Source: Chloroflexota bacterium
Lineage (GTDB): Bacteria > Chloroflexota > Dehalococcoidia > Dehalococcoidales > JACQON01
DNA length: 64,000 nt
Reading direction: 5' to 3'
Assembly: GCA_016202545.1 (NCBI GenBank)
Contig: JACQON010000030.1
Coordinates: 33,599 to 97,598 of the forward strand
The notes below the pieces were generated by a model, which saw only the letters and a list, made by a program, of their open reading frames with translations, was not told the DNA's origin and searched no databases. This document shows positions 44,831 through 55,244 of this stretch, piece by piece. Position numbers and translations under genes: made by a program. Within the stretch, counting starts at the first letter, position 1. The number at the start of each line of letters is the position of its first letter.

Positions 44831-44859
44831 TTGACACTGAGGTTAGTGTGGGGTAAAAT
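44831..44859 (+). promoter_or_regulatory. Sigma70-like promoter TTGACA-17-TAAAAT for the bifunctional-nuclease-family gene
   Basis: -35 at 44831-44836 and -10 at 44854-44859. The RBS GAGGAGG precedes the ATG at 44896. Confidence 0.55.
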
Positions 44860-44895
44860 TGTGATAGTTTGGCCGACAGTGCGAGGAGGTGCGGT

Positions 44896-45438
44896 ATGGT
44901 AGAGATGACCATTGACAGCATCAGGGTGAGCTTGATGAATTACCAGCGAGTTGTCATCTTGAAGGAGAAGATGGCGGAGCGTTACTTACCTATCTGGATC
45001 GGCCCGTCTGAGGCAGATGCTATCGCGGTAAAATTGCAGGACGTTACCGTACCCAGGCCGCTAACCCATGACTTGCTAGGCTCGGTCATTGATGTCCTGG
45101 GCGCTTCGGTTAATGCCATCATCGTCAGCGACCTCAAGAATGACACCTTCTATGCCAAGATTATGCTGGCCGTAAATGGCGGTGAGCTGGAAGTTGACTC
45201 CCGCCCCAGCGATGCTCTGGCCCTGGCGGTGAGGGTGCATGCTCCTATCTATGCCGAAGAGGTGGTTTTGGACAGGGCCAGCATAATGCTGGACAAGGAG
45301 ACGGGTAAACCCATCTTCGAAGGGGAAGCTGATGGCACTGACCGCAGCGTTAGCGACAAGGATATGAAGCGGATGTCCGCCTTCTACGACTTCATCAACA
45401 CCCTTGACCTGGAGGATTTTGACAAGCATAAGTCTTGA
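44896..45438 (+). CDS. Bifunctional nuclease (BFN/DUF151) family protein
   Basis: 180 aa from the ATG at 44896: RVVILKEKMAERYLPIWIGPSEADAIAVKLQ...RPLTHDLL...DSRPSDALALAVR. Confidence 0.75.
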   Translation: MVEMTIDSIRVSLMNYQRVVILKEKMAERYLPIWIGPSEADAIAVKLQDVTVPRPLTHDLLGSVIDVLGASVNAIIVSDLKNDTFYAKIMLAVNGGELEVDSRPSDALALAVRVHAPIYAEEVVLDRASIMLDKETGKPIFEGEADGTDRSVSDKDMKRMSAFYDFINTLDLEDFDKHKS

Positions 45439-45561
45439 TTTGAGGTTCGGGCGAGAGCCGGGAAGTGTCTCACTGGTAAAGCCAGCAGGGGTTGAAGAGG
45501 CGGGAACCGGAATATTGCCGCAAGTACTGGAATGTTTTAAGCAGCGAGCTGGTAGCTTAAG

Positions 45562-45590
45562 CCCTAGAGCCGATTGGTCTAGGGTTTTTT
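45562..45590 (+). terminator. Rho-independent terminator
   Basis: CCCTAGA-gccgattgg-TCTAGGG followed by TTTTTT. Confidence 0.7.
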
Positions 45591-45664
45591 GATGAGCGGC
45601 GCCGACTCAAGCCATGATGGCCGAGTTGAAGTGAGACCCATGACATGGCAGCCCAGAGTTCGGT

Positions 45665-45889
45665 ATGAGCAAGTGGGAAGCAGCGCTGAGGCTGGTGGGC
45701 GTGGGGTTTTTCATCGGCGGCTCTATTATAATGGGAGTGCTTGCCGGCCTGTGGCTTGATAGCCGGCTGAACACTACCCCGGTCCTGTTAATACTTGGCT
45801 TGCTAATAGGAGTGGTGGTAGCTTTTTATGGAGTTTATCGAATGCTGCTGCCTCTTCTGAATAACAAACGTGACAAGGAGAGCGGCTAG
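45665..45889 (+). CDS. AtpZ/AtpI-like small membrane protein (ATP synthase operon gene 1)
   Basis: 74 aa with 2 TM segments: VGVGFFIGGSIIMGVLAGLWLDSRL. Confidence 0.7.
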   Translation: MSKWEAALRLVGVGFFIGGSIIMGVLAGLWLDSRLNTTPVLLILGLLIGVVVAFYGVYRMLLPLLNNKRDKESG

Positions 45890-46851
45890 TGCCCAAGCGG
45901 CGCGTACTGGGTTGTTCATTCCCCCTGCTGGCGGTGATAGCGGCAGCCTTGCTGGGGCTATTCCTGGTCAGCTTTCTCAGCGGCGCCCTGGGACGCAGCC
46001 TGATTGGGGACGTGGGATTACCCGGCTGGCTCAGCGTTCCTGCACCCGACCCCAAGCTCCCCCCGGAAGCAGTCTTTCACCTGCTTGGCTTTCCCGTCAC
46101 CAACAGCATCATCAGCGCCTGGCTCACTATCGCCGTACTGGTAGGGGTATCCTACGTGGTTACCCGCCGGCTTAAGCTCGTACCCAATAGGTTACAGGCG
46201 CTGCTGGAATCAGCCATAGGCTGGCTCTATGACCTGTGCCGGGAGGTGGCCGGCGAGAAAAATGGGCGTCGGTTCTTCCCCGTGGTGGCCACCATCTTCT
46301 TCTTTGTGCTGATGAATGCCTGGCTGAGCCTGCTCCCCATCTTTGGCTCAATAAACATCACCACCGCAGGGGGGGAGCACGTTCACCTGTTCCGGGGCGC
46401 TAATACTGATATTAACCTGCCGCTGGCGCTGGCCCTGGTGTCCTTCATATTCGTGGAATACCACGGCATAAGGCTGGTGGGCGCCCGTCACTACATTGCC
46501 AAGTTCATCAATGCGGGCAGGTTTTTTGGAGGCCTGGGCCAGCTATTCAGAGGCAGTCTCCGCGCCGGGCTGGTCGGCGTGCTGACCGGGGGCATCGACA
46601 TTTTTGTCGGCCTGCTGGAGGCGCTGAGTGAGTTCATCCGCATCATCAGCTTTACCTTCCGTCTTTTCGGCAACATGACAGCCGGTGAGATATTGCTGCT
46701 ACTGGTAACATTCCTTGTCCCGTGGTTGGCCGTCATACCGTTCTACGGGCTTGAGTTGCTGGTTGGCCTGGTACAGGCGCTCATCTTCAGCGGGCTGACT
46801 CTGGTGTTTGCCACCATGGCGGTTACCCATCATAAGGAGGAGACTGCTTAA
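45889..46851 (+). CDS. atpB: F0F1 ATP synthase subunit a
   Basis: 320 aa: FTFRLFGNMTAGEILL (conserved Arg region). The GTG start overlaps the previous stop. The N-terminal extension makes the exact start uncertain. Confidence 0.85.
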   Translation: MPKRRVLGCSFPLLAVIAAALLGLFLVSFLSGALGRSLIGDVGLPGWLSVPAPDPKLPPEAVFHLLGFPVTNSIISAWLTIAVLVGVSYVVTRRLKLVPNRLQALLESAIGWLYDLCREVAGEKNGRRFFPVVATIFFFVLMNAWLSLLPIFGSINITTAGGEHVHLFRGANTDINLPLALALVSFIFVEYHGIRLVGARHYIAKFINAGRFFGGLGQLFRGSLRAGLVGVLTGGIDIFVGLLEALSEFIRIISFTFRLFGNMTAGEILLLLVTFLVPWLAVIPFYGLELLVGLVQALIFSGLTLVFATMAVTHHKEETA

Positions 46852-46918
46852 AGAATGACGTCTTACTACGCATGCGCCAGCCATTGTTAATAAAGCATAT
46901 AAAGTGTAAGGAGGATAA

Positions 46919-47152
<234 letters not shown>

Positions 47153-47171
47153 TCCGTAGGGAGGAGCTATT

Positions 47172-47672
47172 GTGGAAAGGTTAGGACTCAGTCTGCCGTC
47201 GCTGGTGGCGCAGGTCATAAACTTCGCCGTCCTGCTGGTGCTTCTATATATAGTTGCCTATAAACCCATCATGCGGATGCTCGATGAGCGCTCGGCAAGG
47301 ATTAAGGCAAGCATGGAGCAGGCCGAATCCATCCGGGAGCAGGCAGCCCGCGCCGAGGATGAGGTCAAGAAGCAGCTTGAAGCTGCTAAAAAGGTGGGGC
47401 AGGAGATAATAGGCCGGGCTACGCAGGCCGGGGAAGGGATGAAGCGTGAGGCGCAGCAGGAGGCCAAGCATGAGGCTGAGACGCTCATCAGCAGGGCGCG
47501 CCTGGAGATTCAGCGGGAGCGAAACGAGGCCGTCGGGGAGCTGCGACGGGAATTTGCCGACCTGACTGTGCTGACGGCGGAGAAGGTAATCGAGCGCTCT
47601 CTGGACAAGGAAGCGCACCGCCAGCTTATAGAGAAGGTACTGGAGGAGAGCCAGTCCCTGAAAAAGGGCTAG
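47172..47672 (+). CDS. atpF: F0F1 ATP synthase subunit b
   Basis: 166 aa with an N-terminal TM segment and a long charged helix. Confidence 0.85.
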   Translation: MERLGLSLPSLVAQVINFAVLLVLLYIVAYKPIMRMLDERSARIKASMEQAESIREQAARAEDEVKKQLEAAKKVGQEIIGRATQAGEGMKREAQQEAKHEAETLISRARLEIQRERNEAVGELRREFADLTVLTAEKVIERSLDKEAHRQLIEKVLEESQSLKKG

Positions 47673-47692
47673 GCGCTCACTAGGAGGTAGCC

Positions 47693-48229
47693 ATGGCGAG
47701 ACGGGCCTATGCCCGGCGCTATGCACAGGCAGCTTTTGCCATCGCCCTGGAGGCCAACGAGCTGGACAAATGGCAGTCTGACCTGATGCGCCTGGCCAGC
47801 CTGGCGGAGGACGCGGCACTGGTGGCCTGGCTGGAGAACCCCAAGGTCCGCTTTGAGGACAAGGCCAGGCCCCTGTCCGGGCAGATGGGAGATATACATC
47901 CCCTTGTCCTGAACCTGGCTTATCTTCTGGTAGCCAAGGGCAGGTTCGGCATGATGACCGAGATTACCGCTGAGTACCGGCGATTGCTGGATAGCCATCA
48001 TGGTATAGAGCAGGCTGAGGTTGTCACTACCGTCCCTCTTGATGATGCCGATAAATTGAGATTAGGCGAGCGCCTCAGCGCGCTGGTCGACAAGAAGGTG
48101 GTGGTCAAGGCTAAAGTAGACCCTCAACTGATTGGCGGGCTTGTGGTCAAGGTCGGTGGTAAGCTGCTGGACGGCAGCACCCGCAGCAAGCTGGCAGCTT
48201 TAAGGAAAGAGATGGCCGGGTCGGGATAA
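47693..48229 (+). CDS. atpH: F0F1 ATP synthase subunit delta
   Basis: 178 aa with an OSCP-like pattern (...IGGLVVKVGGKLLDGS). Confidence 0.85.
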   Translation: MARRAYARRYAQAAFAIALEANELDKWQSDLMRLASLAEDAALVAWLENPKVRFEDKARPLSGQMGDIHPLVLNLAYLLVAKGRFGMMTEITAEYRRLLDSHHGIEQAEVVTTVPLDDADKLRLGERLSALVDKKVVVKAKVDPQLIGGLVVKVGGKLLDGSTRSKLAALRKEMAGSG

Positions 48230-48250
48230 TAGAAGGCGAGGTAAAGCAAA

Positions 48251-49762
48251 ATGGCAGCTAGAGGGCAAGATATCGTTTCAATCATAAAGCAGCAAATCGA
48301 GCAATTTGGCACAACAATGACCATGGTAGATGTGGGCACCATTATCGAGGTCGGAGATGGCATTGCCAGGGTCCACGGTCTGGCTGCGGCCAGATATAAC
48401 GAATTGCTCCAGTTCCCCGGTGATACTATGGGCATTGCCCTCAACCTGGAGGAGGACAGCGTATCCGCTATCATACTCGGCGACTACGCGCATATCAAAG
48501 AGGGGGATGAGGTACGGTGCACCGGCCGGATTGCCGAGGTGCCCGTCGGTAAGGGGCTTATCAGCAGGGTGGTTGACCCCCTGGGCCGCCCTCTGGATGG
48601 CAAGGGAACGATACCGTCCAGCAAGGCCCGCCCTCTGGAGCGCGTCGCTCCCAGCGTTACCCTGCGTAAGCCGGTGGACACGCCGGTGCAAACCGGCATC
48701 AAAGCCATAGATAGCTTGATTCCTATTGGCCGTGGACAGAGGGAGCTTATCATCGGTGACCGCTCAACAGGCAAAACGGCCATCGCCATTGACACCATCA
48801 TAAACCAGAAGGGCGGCGATTTAACCTGCATCTATGTCGCCATCGGTCAGAAGGCGTCCAAGGTGGCCCGCATGGTGGCTACTCTGGATAGCTACGGGGC
48901 CATGGAGCATACCATCGTAGTCGCTGCCAACGCCTCCGACTCGGTAGCCCTGCAGTACCTTGCGCCCTACGCTGGCAGCGCCATCGGCGAGGAGTTTATG
49001 GAGCAGGGGAAGGATGCTCTGGTGGTCTATGACGACCTCTCCAAGCACGCCTGGGCTTATCGCCAGCTTTCGCTGCTTTTACGCCGTCCACCGGGGCGGG
49101 AGGCCTATCCCGGCGATGTCTTTTACCTGCACAGCCGCCTTCTGGAGAGGGCAGCCAAGTACGCCCCCGAATACGGCGGTGGTTCCCTTACCGCGCTGCC
49201 CATCATTGAGACGCAGGCTGGCGATGTTTCCGCTTACGTTCCTACCAATGTCATTTCCATCACCGACGGGCAGATTTACCTGGAGGCAGACCTGTTTAAC
49301 GCCGGCATCAGGCCGGCGCTGAACGTCGGCCTGTCAGTGTCCCGGGTGGGGAGCGCCGCCCAGACCAGGGCGATGAAGCGGGTGGCCGGCAAGCTCAGGC
49401 TAGAGCTGGCCCAGTACCGGGAGCTGGCCGATTTCGCCCAGTTCGGCACCGCTGAGTTGGACAAGGCTACCAGGTCCCAGCTTGAGCGTGGGCAAAGGAT
49501 TACCGAAGTCCTGAAGCAGCCTCAGTACGTCCCGGTGCCGGTGGAGAAGCAGGTCATGGTTCTTTACGCCGCCATCAACGGCTATCTCGATGACGTACCC
49601 CTGGACAAGATAGGCGCTTTCGAGGAGAACTTGCACAGGTTTATGACCGCCAACCACCCGGCGATAAGGGATAGTATTGCCGGGGAAAAGGATATTAAAC
49701 CTGAGATAGAAGAGGCGCTTAAGGCAGCCATCCTGGAATTTAAGCATGGTTTTTTAGTGTAG
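48251..49762 (+). CDS. atpA: F0F1 ATP synthase subunit alpha
   Basis: 503 aa with the P-loop GDRSTGKT. Confidence 0.95.
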   Translation: MAARGQDIVSIIKQQIEQFGTTMTMVDVGTIIEVGDGIARVHGLAAARYNELLQFPGDTMGIALNLEEDSVSAIILGDYAHIKEGDEVRCTGRIAEVPVGKGLISRVVDPLGRPLDGKGTIPSSKARPLERVAPSVTLRKPVDTPVQTGIKAIDSLIPIGRGQRELIIGDRSTGKTAIAIDTIINQKGGDLTCIYVAIGQKASKVARMVATLDSYGAMEHTIVVAANASDSVALQYLAPYAGSAIGEEFMEQGKDALVVYDDLSKHAWAYRQLSLLLRRPPGREAYPGDVFYLHSRLLERAAKYAPEYGGGSLTALPIIETQAGDVSAYVPTNVISITDGQIYLEADLFNAGIRPALNVGLSVSRVGSAAQTRAMKRVAGKLRLELAQYRELADFAQFGTAELDKATRSQLERGQRITEVLKQPQYVPVPVEKQVMVLYAAINGYLDDVPLDKIGAFEENLHRFMTANHPAIRDSIAGEKDIKPEIEEALKAAILEFKHGFLV

Positions 49763-49789
49763 ACCCAAGAGGCAGAAAAGGCGGAGAGA

Positions 49790-50173
49790 ATGAGTTGGCT
49801 TCAAGGGCATCTTAACTGGACTGCGGGATTAAGTATATTTGTCGGCCTGCTTTTTATTGCCGCTGGTGATATTAAAATAGCTGTCGAAAGTATACCTTTC
49901 TTTAGTTTTACTCGCTTAATTATGGAATTGGGAGAAGACCTATCTGCAGGCGTGATTTATCCGCAATGGTTGTTATTTTCAATGATTGGAGTGGCAATAC
50001 CTTTATCTGTATCAGGCTGGGTGCTTAAACGGAAGGACAGGTCCTTATGGTGGATTCTCATACCTTTTGCGCCCTTTGGATGGATTGTCTTTTTTATGCT
50101 AATAAGAGAGAGAAAAGTTCTCGATATCAAAGAGGGCAAACTCGTAACAAGGCGCAGAGACAAAAAAGATTAA
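49790..50173 (+). CDS. Low-GC membrane protein inserted between atpA and atpG
   Basis: 127 aa with 3-4 TM segments. The C-terminal KRKDRSLWWILIPFAPFGWIVFFMLIRER resembles the PLDc_N-type short membrane motif. Hand-counted GC is about 33-42% in two 60-nt lines. Confidence 0.55.
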   Translation: MSWLQGHLNWTAGLSIFVGLLFIAAGDIKIAVESIPFFSFTRLIMELGEDLSAGVIYPQWLLFSMIGVAIPLSVSGWVLKRKDRSLWWILIPFAPFGWIVFFMLIRERKVLDIKEGKLVTRRRDKKD

Positions 50174-50192
50174 AGAGGGGTGAGACAGAAGA

Positions 50193-51047
50193 TTGGCTGA
50201 AATTCGCTTAATCCGCCGCCGGATACGCGGTGTCCGCAGTACGGCCAAGGTCACCCGGGCCATGGAGATGATAGCCGCCTCAAGGATGAAGCGGTCGCAG
50301 GAGCGTGGCCTGGCCGGGCGGCCATATTCCGAGAAGATTCACCAGGTGCTGGCTGACCTGGCCGCTTTGCCTTACGATGAAGTGGCTCACCCGCTGTTGC
50401 AGCGGCGCCCGGTGAGAAGGGTCGCCGTGGTGCATATCACCCCTGACCGCGGCCTGTGCGGCGGGCTTAATGCCAACCTCAACCGCAAGACGGCCGGCTT
50501 CATACTGGAGCAGACCGCCCCGGTCACAGTCGTCTGCGTTGGCCGCCGCGGCTTTGATTTTATGAGGCGCAGCGGCCAGGAAGTCTGCGCCGAATTCAGC
50601 CGGCTGGGTGACCGTCCCGACCTGATTGATATCCTGCCCATATCCCGGATTATCATCGATGATTACTCCGCTGGCTTTGTGGATATGGTTTATCTGGCGT
50701 ATGCCCGGTTTGTTTCGACGATGGTGCAGAAGCCGGCTCTGGAGCAAATACTGCCCGTTGAGCCAGCAGCCTTGCCCCCTGGGCAAAGCCTGGACTGCAT
50801 ATTTGAGCCCAAGGCCGAGGCGGTGCTGGGCGCGCTCTTACCCCGATTCGTTGAGATGCAGGTATATCACGCCGTACTGGAGTCCATTGCCAGCGAGCAA
50901 TCAGCCAGGATGGTGGCGATGCGAAATGCTACCGAAAATGCCAACGAGCTTCTTCAGCATCTGACCTTGCTGTACAACAAGGCGCGCCAGGAAGCGATTA
51001 CCGAAGAACTGCTTGACATTACCGGTGGGACACAGGCTGTAACGTAA
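50193..51047 (+). CDS. atpG: F0F1 ATP synthase subunit gamma
   Basis: 284 aa, TTG start: IRRRIRGVRSTAKVTRAMEMIAASRM. Confidence 0.9.
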   Translation: MAEIRLIRRRIRGVRSTAKVTRAMEMIAASRMKRSQERGLAGRPYSEKIHQVLADLAALPYDEVAHPLLQRRPVRRVAVVHITPDRGLCGGLNANLNRKTAGFILEQTAPVTVVCVGRRGFDFMRRSGQEVCAEFSRLGDRPDLIDILPISRIIIDDYSAGFVDMVYLAYARFVSTMVQKPALEQILPVEPAALPPGQSLDCIFEPKAEAVLGALLPRFVEMQVYHAVLESIASEQSARMVAMRNATENANELLQHLTLLYNKARQEAITEELLDITGGTQAVT

Positions 51048-52453
<1,406 letters not shown>

Positions 52454-52454
<1 letters not shown>

Positions 52455-52873
52455 TGGCGACTCTCAGGCTTGATATTGTCACTGCCGAAGGTACGGCTTT
52501 CTCAGAGGACGTGGACGTGGTTGTTGCTCCGGGCACGAACGGCGAGCTGGGGATTCTGCCGCACCATGCCTCGTTGATGACCATGCTACAGCCGGGCGAG
52601 ATAATGGTGAGGAAGGATGGGGAGGAGATTTACCTTGTCGTTTCCGGCGGCTTCCTCGAGGTCCGGCCTGACCGCGTCATCGTCCTGGCCGATACCGCGG
52701 AAAGGGCGGAGGAAATTGACCTGGCCCGGGCTGAAGCGGCCAGACGCCGGGCTGAAGAGCGGCTAAAGCATCCCATTGCGGGTACGGACATCCCCCGGGC
52801 TGAAGCGGCGCTGCGCCGCTCGCTGGTCCGCCTCAAGGCAGCCGAGAGGCTAAGAAAAAAGCCCAGAATCTAG
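52454..52873 (+). CDS. atpC: F0F1 ATP synthase subunit epsilon
   Basis: 139 aa; the ATG overlaps the atpD stop. Confidence 0.9.
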
Positions 52874-52874
52874 A

Positions 52875-52891
52875 AAGCCCCTTGAGGGCTT
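52875..52891 (+). terminator. Short hairpin AAGCCC-cttga-GGGCTT directly after atpC
   Basis: A 6-bp stem, 2 nt after the stop, with a weak T-tract. Confidence 0.3.
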
Positions 52892-52907
52892 GATTATCCG
52901 TCACTGG

Positions 52908-53135
52908 TTACAAAATCTCAAGGCTGGCCTTGGTGCCTTGTTTGGCGGCCTTTACCATAATCAAGGTGCGCATGGCCCTGGCTATCCGCCCCTGTTTACC
53001 GATGACCCTGCCCTTATCCTCGTCAGCGACCTGCAGCTTAAGGAGAATGCCGTTCTCGTTAGTTTCCTCGGTAACCACCACGTCCGCCGGTGAGTTGACG
53101 ATTGATTTAGCGATGTACTCTATGAGTTCTTTCAT
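52908..53135 (-). CDS. KH domain RNA-binding protein (YlqC/UPF0109)
   Basis: 75 aa: [19 protein letters not shown]. Confidence 0.85.
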   Translation of the reverse strand: MKELIEYIAKSIVNSPADVVVTEETNENGILLKLQVADEDKGRVIGKQGRIARAMRTLIMVKAAKQGTKASLEIL

Positions 53136-53404
53136 GTTTTCTCCTTGTCGGCGTTTCTGAATTTCTCCATGACGCTGGTCTTCAGTAGCAGCCTGGCGAC
53201 GATAGCCGTAGGCTGAGCACCCTTTTTCAGCCAGCTCAGTGCCTTTTCCTCGTCAATGACTACCGTCTCAGGGTCAGTGAGAGGGTTGTAGTGTCCGATA
53301 ATGGCAAGAAATGCGCCGTCTCTCGGTGACCGTGAGTCGGCTACTACCAGCCGGTAACTTGGTTTGCTTTTAGCTCCTGTGCGTCGTAATCTGATTTTTA
53401 CCAC
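53132..53404 (-). CDS. rpsP: 30S ribosomal protein S16
   Basis: 90 aa: [30 protein letters not shown]. Confidence 0.95.
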   Translation of the reverse strand: MVKIRLRRTGAKSKPSYRLVVADSRSPRDGAFLAIIGHYNPLTDPETVVIDEEKALSWLKKGAQPTAIVARLLLKTSVMEKFRNADKEKT

Positions 53405-53428
53405 TTCTACCTACCTTCTTTAGAGGCT

Positions 53429-53458
53429 ATTATGCACCATAAGCCGGTGTTCTGTCAA
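53429..53458 (-). promoter_or_regulatory. Sigma70-like promoter TTGACA-18-CATAAT (minus strand) for rpsP
   Basis: On the minus strand, -35 is at 53458-53453 and -10 at 53434-53429, with a TG just upstream of the -10. Confidence 0.5.
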
Positions 53459-53554
53459 CAATGGCTTCATAGTGGCCGCTTATGAATACACCCCGTCATT
53501 GCTATGAAAATAGAGGCTACGTATGCTTGGATATTATCGGTTGACTTCAGGCGG

Positions 53555-53680
53555 ACGCCCATCTCCCTACCCTCTTCCCCGTGGGAAGAGGGAGTTAAGT
53601 AAAAGAGAGGGGCGGAGCCCCTCTCTAAATCTCTTCCCCCTCTCCTTGGCAAGGAGAGGGGGATACAGGGGGTGAGGTCG
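53555..53680. repeat. Triple-hairpin repeat element, copy B
   Basis: Hairpins at 53570-53592, 53604-53626 and 53636-53662. The ends are ACGCCCATCTCCC ... GGGGGTGAGGTCG, in the same order and spacing as copy A. Confidence 0.75.
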
Positions 53681-53718
53681 ACGCGAATGTATCAAAACTG
53701 CCTTTCCATTGCTTGTGG

Positions 53719-53734
53719 TGCAATTGAAATTGCA
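53719..53734. promoter_or_regulatory. Palindrome TGCAATT-ga-AATTGCA upstream of the nuo promoter (candidate operator)
   Basis: Perfect 7-bp inverted repeat, 37 nt upstream of the putative -35. Confidence 0.3.
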
Positions 53735-53770
53735 TGACGGATTGTTACCAAGCGACCGCGATTATCCCCC

Positions 53771-53799
53771 TTGCCCCAGGTGGTGGTATGTGCTATAAT
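53771..53799 (+). promoter_or_regulatory. Sigma70-like promoter TTGCCC-17-TATAAT for the nuo operon
   Basis: -35 at 53771-53776 and -10 at 53794-53799. The RBS AAGGAGG precedes the TTG start at 53834. Confidence 0.5.
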
Positions 53800-53833
53800 G
53801 TCTCACGGCCTAGCGAAATAAGGAGGCCGAGAG

Positions 53834-54205
53834 TTGCTGGTAAATTATGGCCATATCGCTTTGTTCTTAGCCGTGGCCATACTGTTCACCCTTACTACCC
53901 TCCTCCTGCCCGTTACCCTCCGCCTCCTCAAAGTCATCCCCGATAAGCCTAATCCCGCCAAGCAGTCCACCTTTGAATGCGGCATGGAGACCATCGGCAA
54001 GACGTGGGTCCAGTTCAATTTCCGCTACTATGCCTACGCCCTGGTCTTTCTGGCGCTCGATGTCCTGGTGGTTTTCCTCTACCCGTGGGCGGTCAACCTC
54101 AGGGAGCTGGGCTATTACGGCCTCATCGGCGCGCTCATCCTGATTTCCATCGTCGTCGTCGGCTACCTCTACGCCTGGAAGAAGAAGGCACTGGAATGGA
54201 AATAG
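53834..54205 (+). CDS. nuoA: NADH-quinone oxidoreductase subunit A
   Basis: 123 aa: FECGMETIG...[11 protein letters not shown]-type pattern. Confidence 0.9.
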   Translation: MLVNYGHIALFLAVAILFTLTTLLLPVTLRLLKVIPDKPNPAKQSTFECGMETIGKTWVQFNFRYYAYALVFLALDVLVVFLYPWAVNLRELGYYGLIGALILISIVVVGYLYAWKKKALEWK

Positions 54206-54807
54206 AGAACATAGACATCAGATACCCCCTTCCCGGCAGGGAGTTGGAAATAGCCGAAGCGCACGAAATTGAAGCGCTCAAAGAGCGCAGCCAGCAGCCC
54301 ATCCCCGACCCCGATGAGTGGCTCGACGAAGAGCTGCGCCGTAATATCGTCCTGACCTCGGTGGACGCTGTAATCAACTGGGCGCAGCGCTCTTCCCTGT
54401 GGCCGGTGATTTGCTTCCCGGCCTGCTGCGCCTTTGAGCTGATTGCCTCGCAGGCGTCCCGCTTCGACCTCTCCCGCTTCGGCATGGAAATCCTGCGCGC
54501 CTCACCGCGCCAGGCTGACCTGATGATAACCGCCGGCACCCTGGTATGGAAGATGGCACCCCAGGTAAAGCGCGTCTATGACCAGATGGCTGAGCCGAAG
54601 TGGGTCATCGCCATGGGGTCCTGCGGCATCACCGGCGGCATTTTCCGCTCCTCCTATAACGTGGTGCCGGGATATAATCGCATCGTGCCGGTCGATGTCT
54701 ATGTGCCTGGATGCCCCCCACGCCCGGAGGCATTGCTGTACGGCATAATGACGCTGCACAAAAAGATTTCGAAAAGAAGCATCACTGAAATGGATAGCAA
54801 GAGATGA
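54196..54807 (+). CDS. nuoB: NADH-quinone oxidoreductase subunit B
   Basis: The start is set at the ATG at 54196, overlapping the nuoA stop. Motifs: CCAFE...GSCGITGG...GCPPRPE. There is a charged N-terminal extension of about 45 aa. Confidence 0.9.
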   Translation: MEIENIDIRYPLPGRELEIAEAHEIEALKERSQQPIPDPDEWLDEELRRNIVLTSVDAVINWAQRSSLWPVICFPACCAFELIASQASRFDLSRFGMEILRASPRQADLMITAGTLVWKMAPQVKRVYDQMAEPKWVIAMGSCGITGGIFRSSYNVVPGYNRIVPVDVYVPGCPPRPEALLYGIMTLHKKISKRSITEMDSKR

Positions 54808-55244
54808 CATTGGCCCTTAGCGGCGATGAGATAGCTGCCACACTGGGAGGGCATTTTCCCGGCAGCGTTATCGAAGCTAGCAAAAGCCACCTGCTGGTCA
54901 AAAGCGAATCTCTATTTGATATAGCATCGTACCTCAAGACGGCGCCCGGCCTTGATTTTGACTTCCTGTGCAATATTACCGCCGTAGACTGCTTCGACTA
55001 CTTCGAGATAGTCTATCAGTTCACCTCCCTCAAGCATAACCATGGCCTGGTGGTGAAGGCCCGCTGCCATGACCGGAGCAATCCCGTGCTGCCCTCGCTG
55101 GTCAGCTTATGGCGTGGGGCCGACCTTCAAGAGCGGGAAATCTATGACCTCATGGGCATCACTTTCCAGGGACATCCCAACTTGAAGCGCATCTTTCTCT
55201 GGGAGGACTTTGACGGCCACCCGCTGCGCAAGGACTATTTGTGA
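54804..55244 (+). CDS. nuoC: NADH-quinone oxidoreductase subunit C
   Basis: 146 aa: [29 protein letters not shown]. Confidence 0.9.
   Translation: MTLALSGDEIAATLGGHFPGSVIEASKSHLLVKSESLFDIASYLKTAPGLDFDFLCNITAVDCFDYFEIVYQFTSLKHNHGLVVKARCHDRSNPVLPSLVSLWRGADLQEREIYDLMGITFQGHPNLKRIFLWEDFDGHPLRKDYL

Noticed and set aside
44495-44902. A 135-aa plus-strand ORF (MLQLSTSLCGVSLTISQ...SLRGRPARR...SDEAIS...).
   Set aside because: It spans the repeat mosaic. Its peptide is the typical pseudo-translation of the GTCATTGCGAG/GAAGCAATCTC repeat family, and it runs through the mapped promoter of the BFN gene.
53467-53652. A 61-aa minus-strand ORF.
   Set aside because: It is encoded entirely by triple-hairpin repeat copy B, so it is a repeat pseudo-translation.
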